From Chiloscyllium plagiosum (Eukaryota), in contig NC_057711.1 of the NCBI RefSeq assembly GCF_004010195.1, positions 81,955,549-82,019,548 of the forward strand: a stretch of 64,000 nucleotides of DNA, written 5' to 3'. The translations under genes were made by a program, and so were the position numbers. Positions 40,077 to 52,842 of the stretch are shown here, in pieces; within the stretch, counting starts at the first letter, position 1; each line of letters opens with the position of its first letter. The notes under the pieces are model-generated. The model did no database searches. It had not been told where the DNA came from and was given only the letters and a program-made list of their open reading frames with translations.

Positions 40077-40420
40077 CATTGGCTGTAAAGCACTTTGGAA
40101 CTTCCCACGGAAATATTCTATAAATATGCCTGCTCTTTCTTTAAAATAAAGCAAAAAACTGTGGATATTAGGAATGTGAAACTGCTGGAGAAACTCAGCA
40201 GGTCTTGCAGAATTTGTGGAGACAAAGCAGAGTTAACAAAACAGAGTGCAGTGACCCTTCACAACTCTGCTTTCTCTTTCACAAGTGCTGCAAGACCTAC
40301 TGAGTTTCTCCAGCAGTTTCACATTCCTAGTATCCACAGTTCGTTGTTTATTTTAAAGAAAGAGCATGCATTTTTATAGAATATTTTCTGAGGAAGTTCC
40401 AAAGTGCTTTGCAGCCAATG
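40077..40420. repeat. Imperfect 344-bp palindrome
   Basis: cattggctgtaaagcactttggaacttcc... pairs with ...ggaagttccaaagtgctttgcagccaatg through to a short central loop near 40240-40260. Confidence 0.88.
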
Positions 40421-41794
40421 ACATTTTTTAAATATAGTCACTGTTCCAAGAATGACTTGCATTTGCATAGCTCCTATTGACACATTAATGATAACAGTCT
40501 TATAATCAAACATCCTTCAAGGATTGATTAACTTCCTGGGTTAATTTATATAAAATGGTAAAACAGATTGCCTGTTACAAAGCAGAAATTACAACAAATC
40601 AACTGATTTCCATCTATACAGCTTGCAAATGCAAAGCAGACTGACTGCTAGGCACTGTTGCAATATTGTATACTCAAACCATATGGATTCCTTAAAAGTG
40701 AACATTTTTCAAGGCAAGGGTACACATACGTATTTTTTTTTCCTTCCAAAATGAAAGTTTAATGATGTATAATAACAAGTAAGTCTATGAGTCTCTCCAG
40801 CATACAAGTAATTTTCTGATAAACCCAGAATTATGATAGTAATTTTGTCTGGAGGTGCCCAATCATCAGTGATAATGACTATCAGTCCAGTTCATGTTAA
40901 CAAATCTTTCTTCCACAGACTGCAGTTATTGTTCCAGAATTTGTTTGTCCGAATGCACGACAGGTAAGATTTGTTGCAGATTAACTACTGATTAATCGTA
41001 TTCCTCATTTCTGTTTTGTTCCATAAGAACTTGAATTTTGAAGCTTCCGGTTTTACACGCTGTATTCTAAGTAAAGGTTTAGCTGTTTTTGGTTCAGTTC
41101 ATGTGTGTTTTCTTAATGTGCTTTAACAACTGTTTAGGCTCTTCAACACATTTTTACTTCTGGCTTTCTTTAAAGCCTGGACCTCTTCCAATTCTACTTC
41201 AGTGATCGTTTTCATCTATATCCTGTTGGAATTCTTTCATGAGAGCATCGCTGCTTGCATTTGTTTCTGAAAGTCTCATGGGTGATATCTGGAGCTCCCT
41301 ATTGTGTGCACTGTGAGTCATCCCCTGATTTTGTCCAATTATAATGGGCTGAAACTTACCAGAAATCTGCTGTGTAATTTTCATCATGGTTCTTTCTATA
41401 AGGCCTATTGAGTTTTCTTATGCTATCTCCCAAACTCACCTCAATAACAAGATACATTGTCGCTATAACACCTCACTCGCCTGATGTTAGGTTGATTTTC
41501 CCACTCGCCATAGGCAAAAGCATTCACTACTGCCAAGATATTCCAGGATCACTGATGATCGTGCCATGTTTGAAGTTTAGCCACGTATCCAGTCAATTGT
41601 TTACAGTCAAGAATTGACCTTCACCATGCACTTAGTGGGAGAGCAACCATAAACCATGGTTCTTAGGGCAGTGTGGTGACACAACTAATAGTTCATTCAA
41701 GTACAACTGCACTTTCTACATCTATTGCTGTTTAAGCACTAAACCACACAGCTTAACTATACTTAGCCACATCCCTTCTTGCATCCTGACAGAA

Positions 41795-42140
41795 ATATAT
41801 AAAATGAGAGGCATGGATAGGGTGAAGAGTCTTTTTCCCAGGGTGGAAGTGTCAAATATTGCTGGGCACAGTTTTACAGTGAGAGGGGGTAAGTTTAAAG
41901 GAGATGTACAAGACAACTTTTTTTTTACACAGAGTGTGATAGGTGTCAGCAATGCACTGCCAGGGGATGAGGTAGAAGCAAATATGTTGACAATGGTTAA
42001 CAGGCAGTTAGACAGATGCATGAACTGGCAGGAAAAGATGGATATGGACCATGTGAAGGCACATGGGATTAGTTCAGAATGGCATCATGGTTGGCACAGA
42101 CATAGTGCACTGAACGGCCTGTTCCTATGCTGTGATGTTT
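41795..42140 (+). mobile_element. CR1 3' end
   Basis: MRGMDRVKSLFPRVE...FFTQSVIGVSNALP. Confidence 0.85.
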
Positions 42141-42249
42141 TAGGTCTATCCCTCTCTAAGTCACTGCTACTCTTTACCCGATACCAAATGTAGCCTAGCG
42201 TCTTATCATTTAGTGTGGGACCATTGCATACAGGTAAAGCTTCAAATAG

Positions 42250-44408
42250 TCACAGAGTCATAGAGATGTACAGCATGGAAACTGACCCTTCAGTCCATAT
42301 CGTCCATGTTGACCAGATATCCTAACCTAATCTAGTCCCATTTGCTAGTACTTGGCCCATATCTCTTCAAACACTTACTATTCATATACCCATCCCAGAT
42401 GACTTTTTAAATGCCACTTCCTCCAGCAGCTCATTCCGCACACACACCACCCTTTGCATGAAAAAGTTGACCCTTAGGTCCCTTTTAAGTTTTTTCCCTC
42501 TCACCCTAAACCTATGCCCTCTAGTTCTGGATTCCCCCACCCCAGGGAAAATACCTTGTCAATTTACTCTATCCATGCCCCTCATGATTTTATAAACCTC
42601 TATAAAGTCACCCCTCAGTCTCCACTGCTCCAGGGAAAGCAGCCCCAGCCTATTCAGCCTCCCTCTATAGCTCAAGTTCTCCAACCCTGGCAACATGCTT
42701 GTAAATCTTTTCTGAACCTTTTCACAACATTGGTTAGGCCACTTTTGGAAAATTGTGTGCAATTATGGTCTTCTTCCTATAGGAGGGAGACTAGAAATGC
42801 ACACAATATTCCAAAAGTGGCCTAACCAATGACCTGTACAGCCGCAACATGACCTCCCAACTCCTATACTCGATGCTCTGACCAATAAAGGAAAGCATAC
42901 CAAACACCTATTTCACTATCATATCAAACTGTGACTCCACTTTCAAGGAACTATGAACCTGCACTCCAAGGTCTTTTTATTCAGCAACACTCCCCAGTAC
43001 CTTACCATTCAGTGCATAGGTCTGGCTCTGATTTGTCTTTCCCAAAATGCAACACCTCACATTTATCTAATTAAACTCCATCTGCCACTCCTCAACCCAT
43101 CTGGCTCATCTGATCAAGGTACTGTTGCACTCTGAGGCAACATTCTTCACTGTCCAGTACATCTCCAATTTTGATGTCATCTGCAAACTTACTAACTATA
43201 CCTGCTATGTTCACATCCAACTCATTTACATAAATAACAAAAAAAATCAATGACCCAGCATCGATCCTTGTGGCACACTACCAATCACAGACTTCCCAGT
43301 CTGAAAGGCAACTCTCCACCACCATTCTCTGTCTTCTATCTTCGAGCCAGTTCTGTATCCAAATGGTTAGTTCTCCCTGTATTCCATGAGATCTAACCTT
43401 GCGAACCAGTCTACCATGCGGACCCTTGTCGAACGCCTTACTAAAATACATATAGATCACACCCACTGCTTTGGCCTCATCAATTCTCTTTGTTACTTCT
43501 TCAAAAACCTCATTCAAGTTTGTGAGACATGATTTCCAATGCACAAAGCCATGTTGACTATCCCTAATCAATCTTTGCCTTGTAAATCCTGTCCCTCAGG
43601 ATTCCCTCCAACAACTTGCCCTCCACCCACATCAGGCTCACCAGTCTATAGCTCTTTGGCTTTTCCTTACCACTTTTCTTAAATAATGGCACCACATTAG
43701 CCAACTTCAATCTTCCAGCATCTCACGTGTGACTATCGACGATACAAATATCTCAGCAAGAGGCCCAGCAATTGCTTCCCTCACTTCCCACAGAGTTCTA
43801 GGGTAAACCTGATCAGGTCCTGGGGATTTATCCACCTTATTCTTTTCAAGACATCCAGCACCTCCGCCTCTGCAATGTGGACATTTTTCAAGATGTCACT
43901 AACTATTTCCCCGTATTCTATATCTTCCATGTCTTTCTCCACAGCAAACACTGATGCAAAATATTTGTTTAGTATCTCCCCTATCTCCTGTTGTCCCACA
44001 CATAGGCTGCCTTGTTGGTCTTTGAGGGGCCCTATTCTCTCCCTAGTTACTTTTTTGTCCTTAATGTATTTATGGAATCCCTTTGGATTCTCTTTAACCC
44101 TGTTTGCCAAAACCATCTCATGTCCCCTTTTTGCCTTCCTGACTTCCCTCTTAAGAATACTCCTACTGACTTTATACTCCAAGGATTCACTCAATCTCTG
44201 CTGTCTATACTTGACATATGCTTCTTTCCTTTTCTTAACCAAAACCTCAATTTCTCTAGTGATCCAGCATTCCCTAAACCTACCAGCCTTTCCACTCACC
44301 ATTATAGGAATATACCATCTCTGGACTCACTTTATTTCATTTTTGAAGGCTCATTTTCCAGCGGTCCATTTACCTGTGAACATCTGCCCCCAAACAAATT
44401 TTGAAAAT
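42250..44408 (-). mobile_element. CR1 LINE, 5'-truncated
   Basis: agagtcatagag tail; QHGFVHWKSCLTNL; FSKAFDKGPHGRL; LNKYFASVF. Confidence 0.92.
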
Positions 44409-44409
44409 T

Positions 44410-46980
44410 AGAGTCATAGAGATATAAAGCACGAAAATAGACATTTTGGTCCAACTCGTCCATGCCGACCAAAGATCCCAACCCAATCTAGCACCCTGCC
44501 CATATCTCTCCAAACCTTTCCTATACAAATACTCATCCAGATGCCTTTTAAATGTTGCAATTGTACTAGACGCCGCCACTTCCTCTGGCAGCTCATTCCA
44601 TATATGTACCATCCTCTGAGTGAAAATCTTGCCCCTTCAGTCTCTTTTATATCTTGCTCCTCTCACCCTAAACCTATGCCCTCTAGTTCTGGACTCCCCC
44701 AACCCAGGGAAAAGACTTTGTCTATTTACAACTATCCATGCCCCTTATGATTTTATAAACCTCAATAAGGTGACCCCTCGGCCTCCAATGTTCCAAGGAA
44801 AACAGTCCCAGCCTATTCAACCTCTCCCTATAGCTCAAATCCTCCAACCCTGGCAACATGCTTGTAAATCTTTTCTGAACCCTTTCAAGTTTCACAACAT
44901 CCTTCCTAGGAAGGAGACTACAACTGCATGCAATATTCCAAAAGTGGCCTAACCAATGTCCTTTACAGCCACAACATGACCTCCCGACTCCTGTACTCAG
45001 TATTCTGACCAATACCAAACGCCTTCTTCACGATCCTATCTACCTGTGACTCTACTTTCTAGGAGCTATGAACTTGCACTCCAGGTCTCTTTGTTCAGCA
45101 ACACTCTCTAGGACCTTAGCATTAAGTGTATTAGTCCTGCTAAGATTTGCTTTCCCAAAATGCAGCACCTCGCATTTGTCTAAATTAAACTCCATCTGCC
45201 ATTCCTCTTCCCATTGGCCCACCTGGTCAAGATCCCATTGTAATCTGAGGTAATCTTCTTCGTTGTCCACTACACCTCCAATTTTGGTGTCATCTGCAAA
45301 CTTACTAACGATACCTCTTATGCTCAGCAATCACTTCTTTAGCTTCCTATAGAGTTCTAGGGCACGCCTGATCAGGTCCTGGGGATACCTCCTTACAAAT
45401 TTGTTTCTCAATTTCCCGCTGACTATTGGGGGGTCTGTAGTACAATCCCATTAAGGTGATCATACCTTTCTTATTTCTCAGTTCCACCCAAATAACGTCT
45501 CTGGATATATTCCCATGCATATCCTCCCTAAGTACAGCCGTAACACTATCCCTTATCAAAAATGCTACTCCTCTCTTGCTACTCTTCCTATAGCTTTCTA
45601 CTCTTCCTATAGCTTTTTTATCCTGGAACATTAAGCTGCCAGTCCTGTCCATCCCTGAGCCACATCTCTGTAATTGCTATGATATCCCACTCCCATGTTC
45701 ATAACTATGCCCTGGGTTCACTGCCTTCCCTGTTAGTCCTCTTGCATTAAATTAAATGCAGTTTAATTTATCAGTCCGACCTTGTTCTCTGCCTGCCCTG
45801 ATTGTTTGACTCATTCCTTTTCACAACTGTACCAGTCTCAGATTGATCTATTTCCTCACTATCTCCCTGGGTCCCATCCCCTCACCTCATTAGTTTAAAT
45901 CATCCCGAGCAGCTCCAGCAAATCTCCCTGTCAGTATATTGGTCCCCTTCCAATTCAGATGCAATCCATCCTTTTATTCCAGAACAAAGTCCAATGATCC
46001 AAAAATGCAAACTCCAGGCCTCACCTCCAGAACACTCCTCTGCCCCAGCTCCTCAGCAACGCATTCCCTGCTCTATCCTCCTAGTCCTACCCTCGCTAGC
46101 TCATAGCACCGGGACTAATGCAGATATTACTATCCTCGAGAACCTGCTTTTTAAGTTCCAGTATAACTTTCAATATTCTCCCCTCAGAATCTCATCCTTT
46201 ACCCTTCCTACGTCATTAGTTCCAATGTGTACAACGACCTCGTGCTGGTCCCTCTCCGCTTTAAGAATATTCTGTAACCTCTGAGATATCCTTGATCCTG
46301 GCACCAAGAAGGCAACAAACCATTCTGATTTCTCACTGCTGACCACAGAAACATCTGTCTGTGCCTCTGACTGAAGAGTGCCCTATCTCAATCGATTGCT
46401 TGGAATGTGACGCACCCTTCATTACATTAGAGCCAGTTTCAGTACCAGACACTTGGCTGTTTGTGCTACATTCTTCTAAGAGTCCATCATCCCATACATT
46501 TTCCAAAATAGCATACTTGTTTGAAATGGGGATAGCCACAGGAGACTCCTGCACTACCTGCCTCCCTCTCCCAACTTATCTGGAGGTAACCCATCTATCT
46601 GACTGTAACTGCAGCTTTTCTCCTTTCCTATAACTGCCATCCGTCACACTCCACAGCTCCTGAAAATTTCTCATTATCTCTAACTACCGCTCCAACTGAT
46701 CATGCGAATCCTATCAGATTGTAACCAAACACACTTACTGCAGCCATAAATCATCAGTAACATGGAAACTCTCCCTAAACTCCCACATCCGACGGGAAGA
46801 GCACATCACTCTACTAAATACTATTTTACTCCTTAACAATCTACAGACCTAGAAAATAGCACAGTCTTCCTGCTCTAAAAAACAATGCTGCAAGCAAACT
46901 TAGAACCTATGTTTTTTACATTTAAAATTTAATCAATAAAATGTATAATCAAGAAAGAACCAACTCTACTCACTATTGTA
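44410..46980 (-). mobile_element. CR1 LINE with internal deletions (3' end, endonuclease and ORF1 remnants)
   Basis: New 3' tail at 44410; SKFADDTKIGG; abrupt jump to the endonuclease (GLYYRPPNS) near 45385; ORF1 similar to 17500-18100. Confidence 0.88.
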
Positions 46981-47174
46981 GATTTACACATTTCATCTGA
47001 TCTTGTGAGTTAAGATTATATTCCTGCTGGTCAATGTGTTCACCTTCTCCTCAGGAGACTACTCCCACTCATTCAGCTCATTATTATGCATCAGTAAACC
47101 CCTTTGACTGATCTAATTGTTCAGACCAGAGCATGCTCAGATAATGCAGCACACTGTGTCCCGACGTTGTTTTT

Positions 47175-47520
47175 GTTATTCATGGATGACAGTGCCACTG
47201 GCTAGGCCAGCATTTATTGTCCATCCCACTGGGCAGTTAAGAGTCAACCACATTGTTGTGGATCTGGAATCACATTTAGTCCAGTCCAGATAAGGATGGC
47301 AGTTTCCTTCCCTAAAGGACATTAGTGAACCAGATGGGTTTTTCCAACAGTCAACAATGATTTCATAGTAATTATTAGACTCTTAATTCCAGATTATTTT
47401 TAAAAGAATTCAAATGCCACCATCTGTCATGGCAGGATTTGAACCCAGTCCCAAGAACATTACTTGGGTCTCTAGGTTAACAGTCCACTGACGATACCAC
47501 TAGGCCATCACCTCCCCCCT
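47175..47520 (-). mobile_element. Deu-domain-type SINE (SacSINE1-like) with L2-like tail
   Basis: Reverse strand shows a tRNA-like head GGGTTCAAATCC, a central AAACCCATCTGGTTCACTAATGTCCTTTAGGGAAGGAAA block and a tail AATAAATGCTGGCCTAGCCAGTG. Confidence 0.7.
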
Positions 47521-47539
47521 GTACTGTAAGTATCTTAGA

Positions 47540-48400
47540 CAAATTCAAACGCTACATTCTGCTAAACTGGAGTTGTGGTTGATGGATGGGCAACACTGTA
47601 TCAATGCTCAGCTTCAGTAAAGGGGTTTTATAATGGAGTCATCAGTGTTGGTTCCAAAGGGTAGTCCTTGTCTCCCAGTAGCTATCTTTGCAAGGCATCT
47701 GGCCTTCAAATACAGCAGAAAAATTAGAGTTAATAGATGTGGAGCTGGAGAAGCACAGCAGATCAGACAGCATCGAAGGAGCAGAAAAGTCAACGTTTCA
47801 GATCGGGACACTTCATCAGGACTGTCTCGAAGAAACACGAGAGTTGTCAAAAATACAGGCATCATGGCAGCTCTCACGATACCTGGTGTACACATCCAAG
47901 ATGCGGAACTAATGATCACAGATGAGTTACACATTGATGGAACGCAGCCCTTTTTTACTGATGAACGGAAGTGTGTGATGATATGGCCCTCTCATTACAA
48001 TGTGTGCGCAGTCTCCTATGCCTTGCACCTGGGAGAAGCCAGCTCTGTTGGTAAAGCCTGTTACCCAGGCAGTAGCACTGACCTCATCACAGGGAAATGA
48101 GATGAAGCAGTGTGACCTGGCACAAATGCTATCAGTATCAGCCTTGATACATTTATTGGTGGACAATTGAGAAGTTCCACACAGGTCCTTAGCGGTTCCT
48201 TAAAAAACACCAGTTGCATAAAATTTCAATGCAACTGTCACTTGATGGCCAGCCAGAAAGGATCACCACTCATTTGTTCATGTTGCAGGACCCACTCCGG
48301 AACCTCTCATTTCTATGGCTGTCCCAGGACATCTGCAGTCAGCACAAAAATTGTATCTCACTCATCTGGAGAAAATATTATGGAGGACTGAAGTCTTTGG
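47540..48400 (-). pseudogene. Decayed Harbinger/PIF DDE transposase (HARBI1-like), interrupted by a Penelope repeat at about 47730-47822
   Basis: VTVALKFYATG...DLCGTSQ...CIK; GFSQVQGIGDCAHI...FISKKGLRSINV*LICDH; SCHDA; LLGDKDYPL..LMTP. These include the catalytic Asp motifs. Confidence 0.85.
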
Positions 48401-50369
48401 GCATCATGTACCTCCATCATAACCCAAAGGTAACTTCAGTTGTGCCCTCTTCTTATGGAGGTTGCTGCTAATCCTGGGTTTGCCAATGGATCTGTTGCTC
48501 CTCCATCTTTCTGCATCTTTGTTGCTTTGTAGCTACAGTGATGGTAACTCTTGCTGTGTCTGTATCCATCAGTCATCTTTGCAATGAACCTTTGTAAGGA
48601 ACATAAGAAACAGAAGAGGTCCTAAGTAATATGAAGAGTCAGCATACACATCACTTATAATGACAATTTATAATACTGTTCCAAATAATGGGACATAGAA
48701 CACTTTGGCATAGAGGGACATGGAATGTCTCTCCATGGTACTTTGACATTGCACTGTATTTTTATGCATGTATCAGCTGTTATGTCACAAAGACACAGTG
48801 CAAGATTGTATTTCCTGCATGCGTACTAGACCTCGTCCTCCAAGTCCTACATCATCTATGAAAGCCATCGTTATATATAGGAGCAGGTTACATTATACTC
48901 ACAGTTCAAGATGATAGGAAATCAGTTCCATGTCCTGCAGCTTGTGGTCTTGCCTTATCTTTGCAATTTATGGCCTTCAGGGTTTCACTTTTAAAATCAC
49001 CAGTGATTACTTAAGCTTCCTAGAGATGGATGTCTTCAATCTGTAATGATCAATGACATGGCCAAGATTGCTTCTGACCAGCATTTCCACCCCTACACCG
49101 CTGTATACTGCATACACCAGTGACATGATTACAATCTGTACCCTGCAGTGCATGATTGATGATATTGCATCTTGATGGGCCTCCCATCCATACAAGGTGA
49201 AGCCAACATGTGAAACAGAAAACAAACACTGAATCCGTCCATTCCAGATGTGTTTGCAACCATTTTCCATTCAAAATCTGCATTTAGGTGGTGAGAGAAC
49301 ATGGAAAGCCACGCAGGTTGCACTTTGTATGATGAACTGCAGGCTCAGCTTGGTAAGCAAGAACCCCTCCCACCCCTACAAACCTCCAAGCCTCTTTCTA
49401 CTGGAACTTTCTGGATAGTCCTGATCCCCGACCTATTGCCAGCCACCATGTATTTTCAGACTGCAGGACTGACCATGGTCCACTCCCTAAATTGTAGTTA
49501 GGTGGACAACCTGACCCGAATTGCCCTAAGCAGAATGACTAACCATGCCCAAGCCCTTGACTGACCATTTGGGACCCACTTACTGACATCTTTCGACCTT
49601 TACTGGACTGAGGACTTGACAAGTCCCTGTGATTTTGGAATATGGCCATCTGGTTAAAGCACATGTCGCGTCCTTGCAGCTGGCACATGCTGTAGTGAGA
49701 TTGACTGCACCGTGCAATAACATGTCCACACCCCTGGCTCTTGACAACCATGACAAGCCACCTGGCTTTGTGTCTGCTAAAAGGCAAGTCAAGACAAAAG
49801 TACTGTAAGCCTTTAAGGAGTGGCTGAGGGGTCATAAAACAGCAACACAGCGATGTTCTGAAGTCAGTACAAAGTGAGCAAGCACGAAGAGAACAAGCAA
49901 GCAAGCCCTGAGCTGCACTTTGGTTGAAACCATGAGAATGTCCCTGCTTGTAAAGCATCCCTTGCAGCAACATTACAAATGAAAGGTGCTGGTGTGCTCT
50001 GAAGTATAAAACTAAAGAACAGGACCATACTGTAAGTGAACCATACTAGTTTCTACAGTTAGTCCTGCTAAACCTGATCTCATTGATGTGCTCCACAGCT
50101 CCCTGTAAACTGGGGTATTTTCTTTCGATATAAAGCTTCAGTTTTAGACTGCTTCTTTTCTTTTTATTTTAGTTCCTCATTCACCTTTGTAAGCTGAGAG
50201 GAGCTATCCCCTAAAGACTTACGATGAAAGTGCATTCAAACAAAGAACAAAATACACCTCTTAAAGAGGTATATTTTGTTTTTTTTTTAATGATGAAAAA
50301 TTGAGACAGAGGTGATGAACAATCTGCTCCAAAGCCACTGAAGTAAACAGCTGGTGAGGGATTTTTTTT

Positions 50370-50600
50370 TAAAGTTTGAATAATAGATGTAGCCTGAACG
50401 GGTGATGAATGGCTGTGATCATTAATTCAACAATTCTTTTTGCTAGCTCGGGATCGGACAAATCATGTAAACATGCCCTTTTTATCTTAATCTGTTCACA
50501 GTTGTCTATGGATAATGTAGGCTTCTGTCTAAAAAACATGAATTCTAATTGATGCATTTGTTTAATCTGACTTTAAATGGTCTTCTTTTGCAATTCATAC
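50370..50600 (-). mobile_element. Possible Gypsy LTR-retrotransposon gag remnant
   Basis: HQLEFMFFRQKPTLSID...DLSDPELAKRIVELMIT resembles Gypsy gag Q...ESID...CDF..L.ERI segments; recognition only. Confidence 0.4.
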
Positions 50601-50679
50601 CTTTTGGGGAGCTATTCACTCTTCTGTTGTTAATCCTTTACTGCTGCAGCTAGATGTACCTTTGCCACCAATTGCAATG

Positions 50680-51020
50680 GGGCAGCATGGTGGCTCAGTA
50701 GGGGCAGGTACAGTGGCTTAGAGGTTAGCACTGCTACCTCATAACGCCAGGGACCCGGGTTCGAATCCAGCCTCAGGCAACTGTCTGTGTGGAGTTTGCA
50801 CATTCTCCATGTGTCTGTGTGAGTTTCCTCCAGGTGCTCCGGTTTCCTCTCACATTTCAAAGATGTACAGGTTAGGCGAATTGGCCATGCTAAATTGTCC
50901 ATAGTGTGTAGGTTATGGGTAAATGTAGGGGAATGGGTCTGGGTGGATTACTCTTCGGAGGGTTGATGTGGACTTGTTGGGCCAAAGGGCCTGTTTCCAC
51001 AGTGGAGGGATTCTATGGAA
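50680..51020 (+). mobile_element. tRNA-derived V-SINE
   Basis: GGTTCGAATCC B box and V-domain. Confidence 0.88.
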
Positions 51021-51342
51021 ATCATAGTGTAATTAAGAGAAATAAACCATTATTTTTTCTGAAGTAGATAACTGCTTCTATAATGCTAACACACAGCGTA
51101 AAGGTGTCATGACAACACTTCAGAATCCCAAAGTATGATGGACACTTTTAGATTTTAATTCTGAAATGTGTTTTTTCAAAAGTGGGTTGTTATGGATTTA
51201 AAAAAAACTACAAATGCAAATTCAAACACTGGCTGGCAAAGTCTTGTGTGGAATCTATGGAATGTCACACCTGTACAGTATCAGGGCAACTAAAATCAGA
51301 GATTAATGTAACAGGAGAAAATGACTCTGTCCCATTTCCTAC

Positions 51343-51470
51343 TTTCCTGATGAAGGGCTTATGCCCAAAATGTTGATTCTCCTGCTCCTCGGATGCTGCC
51401 TGACCAGCTGTGCTTTTCCAGCACCACACTCTCAACTCTGACCTCCAGCATCTGCAGGCCTCACTTTCTA
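51343..51470 (+). mobile_element. Penelope-derived terminal repeat with mutated hammerhead core
   Basis: CTGATGAAGGGCTTATGCCC followed by AAAA instead of GAAA. Confidence 0.7.
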
Positions 51471-52653
51471 CTATTTCCCCTTTGTAGCAGAAACCAACCT
51501 CCTGCAGATATTCTTTGCATTTTGCCCTTCTGGGAACATACAAAAGAAACAGGTTAAAATCCACTGTAACCCTCATTTGTGTGCACTAATGGAAGGAGGT
51601 GTGCTAGTGGAAGGAGTGAACTGAGACACTTAGTGTGTGCTGTGAAGGTGAAATTCAACAACTCACCCATTAGTCAGTGGGTATGCCGTTAATCCATGCA
51701 TTGCAAGAAAAAAAAGTCTCTAACACTGAATGCTGGAAGACAGCTAGTTAGCTAACGAGTCAAAAAGAACTGGGACAATAGAAAGACTGTCTTGCTCTGA
51801 CTGTTGCCAACCAACCACTGCCAAAAGGAAACAGGACAAAAGGATTTTAACTAATTTGAAAAAGCCAAGAATCACAAAATCAACTCTTCAACTATTAACA
51901 TTCTAATAACTATTTTTCATAGACCACTTAGAGAATCTAATCCATATATCTTCTAACCTCTTTCTTTCTTTGGACTCCATTCTTATTCCTGATCTATGTG
52001 TTTGTGTATTATGTTACTATTTGTTTTCATGCTTAGTAACGAAAATATTCACTCTTTCTTTAAGAAAGCATGGTCAAGTTGGGTTCTTTTAAAACATAGA
52101 TTCATTTGGTCTGGAAGATAGGCATCCACAGGGGAGGGATCTTTTTTAAACTGACTTCATTGAAATCAACCAAGGCATGGGTGAATAAAGAAGAGGGGCC
52201 AGGTCTTTCTTCCTCACCTGGAGGCTTAACAATTTGGGGTATCCAATCTGGACCTGTTATAACCTGGGGAACCTTGCCTAGGGTCTGGTCACAATAATAG
52301 ATTAGCATAGAATTTGTGAAAAAAAAAATCCTTTCAAGGTGAGAAAAATATAACTATTGTACATATGTGTGGTTATTATTGATTAAGATATTTCCTGAAA
52401 CAATAAGTCTGAAATTAATCCAATTTTCTGATACTATATGCAGGTATGAGGAAAATTCTTCTTCCAGGCACAGGACAGATGAAATCACAAGGAAACTGTT
52501 AAAGAATCATTCTCTATTCAGTATCACTGCCAACCATACCACAATTAATAAAAAAGCTACCCTCTTAAAATACACAGTAAAAAGTTAAGAATGTTTGAGA
52601 ATCATTTTTATTTTAATAATAAATATCAGAACAATCCAAAATACAGAAATTTA

Positions 52654-52842
<189 letters not shown>

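Noticed and set aside
47633..48100. 155-aa plus-strand ORF
   Set aside because: Antisense shadow of the Harbinger transposase fossil plus a nested repeat.
51590..52290. Possible solo LTR with primer-binding-like 3' flank
   Set aside because: No second LTR, TSD or clear TG...CA boundaries could be established.
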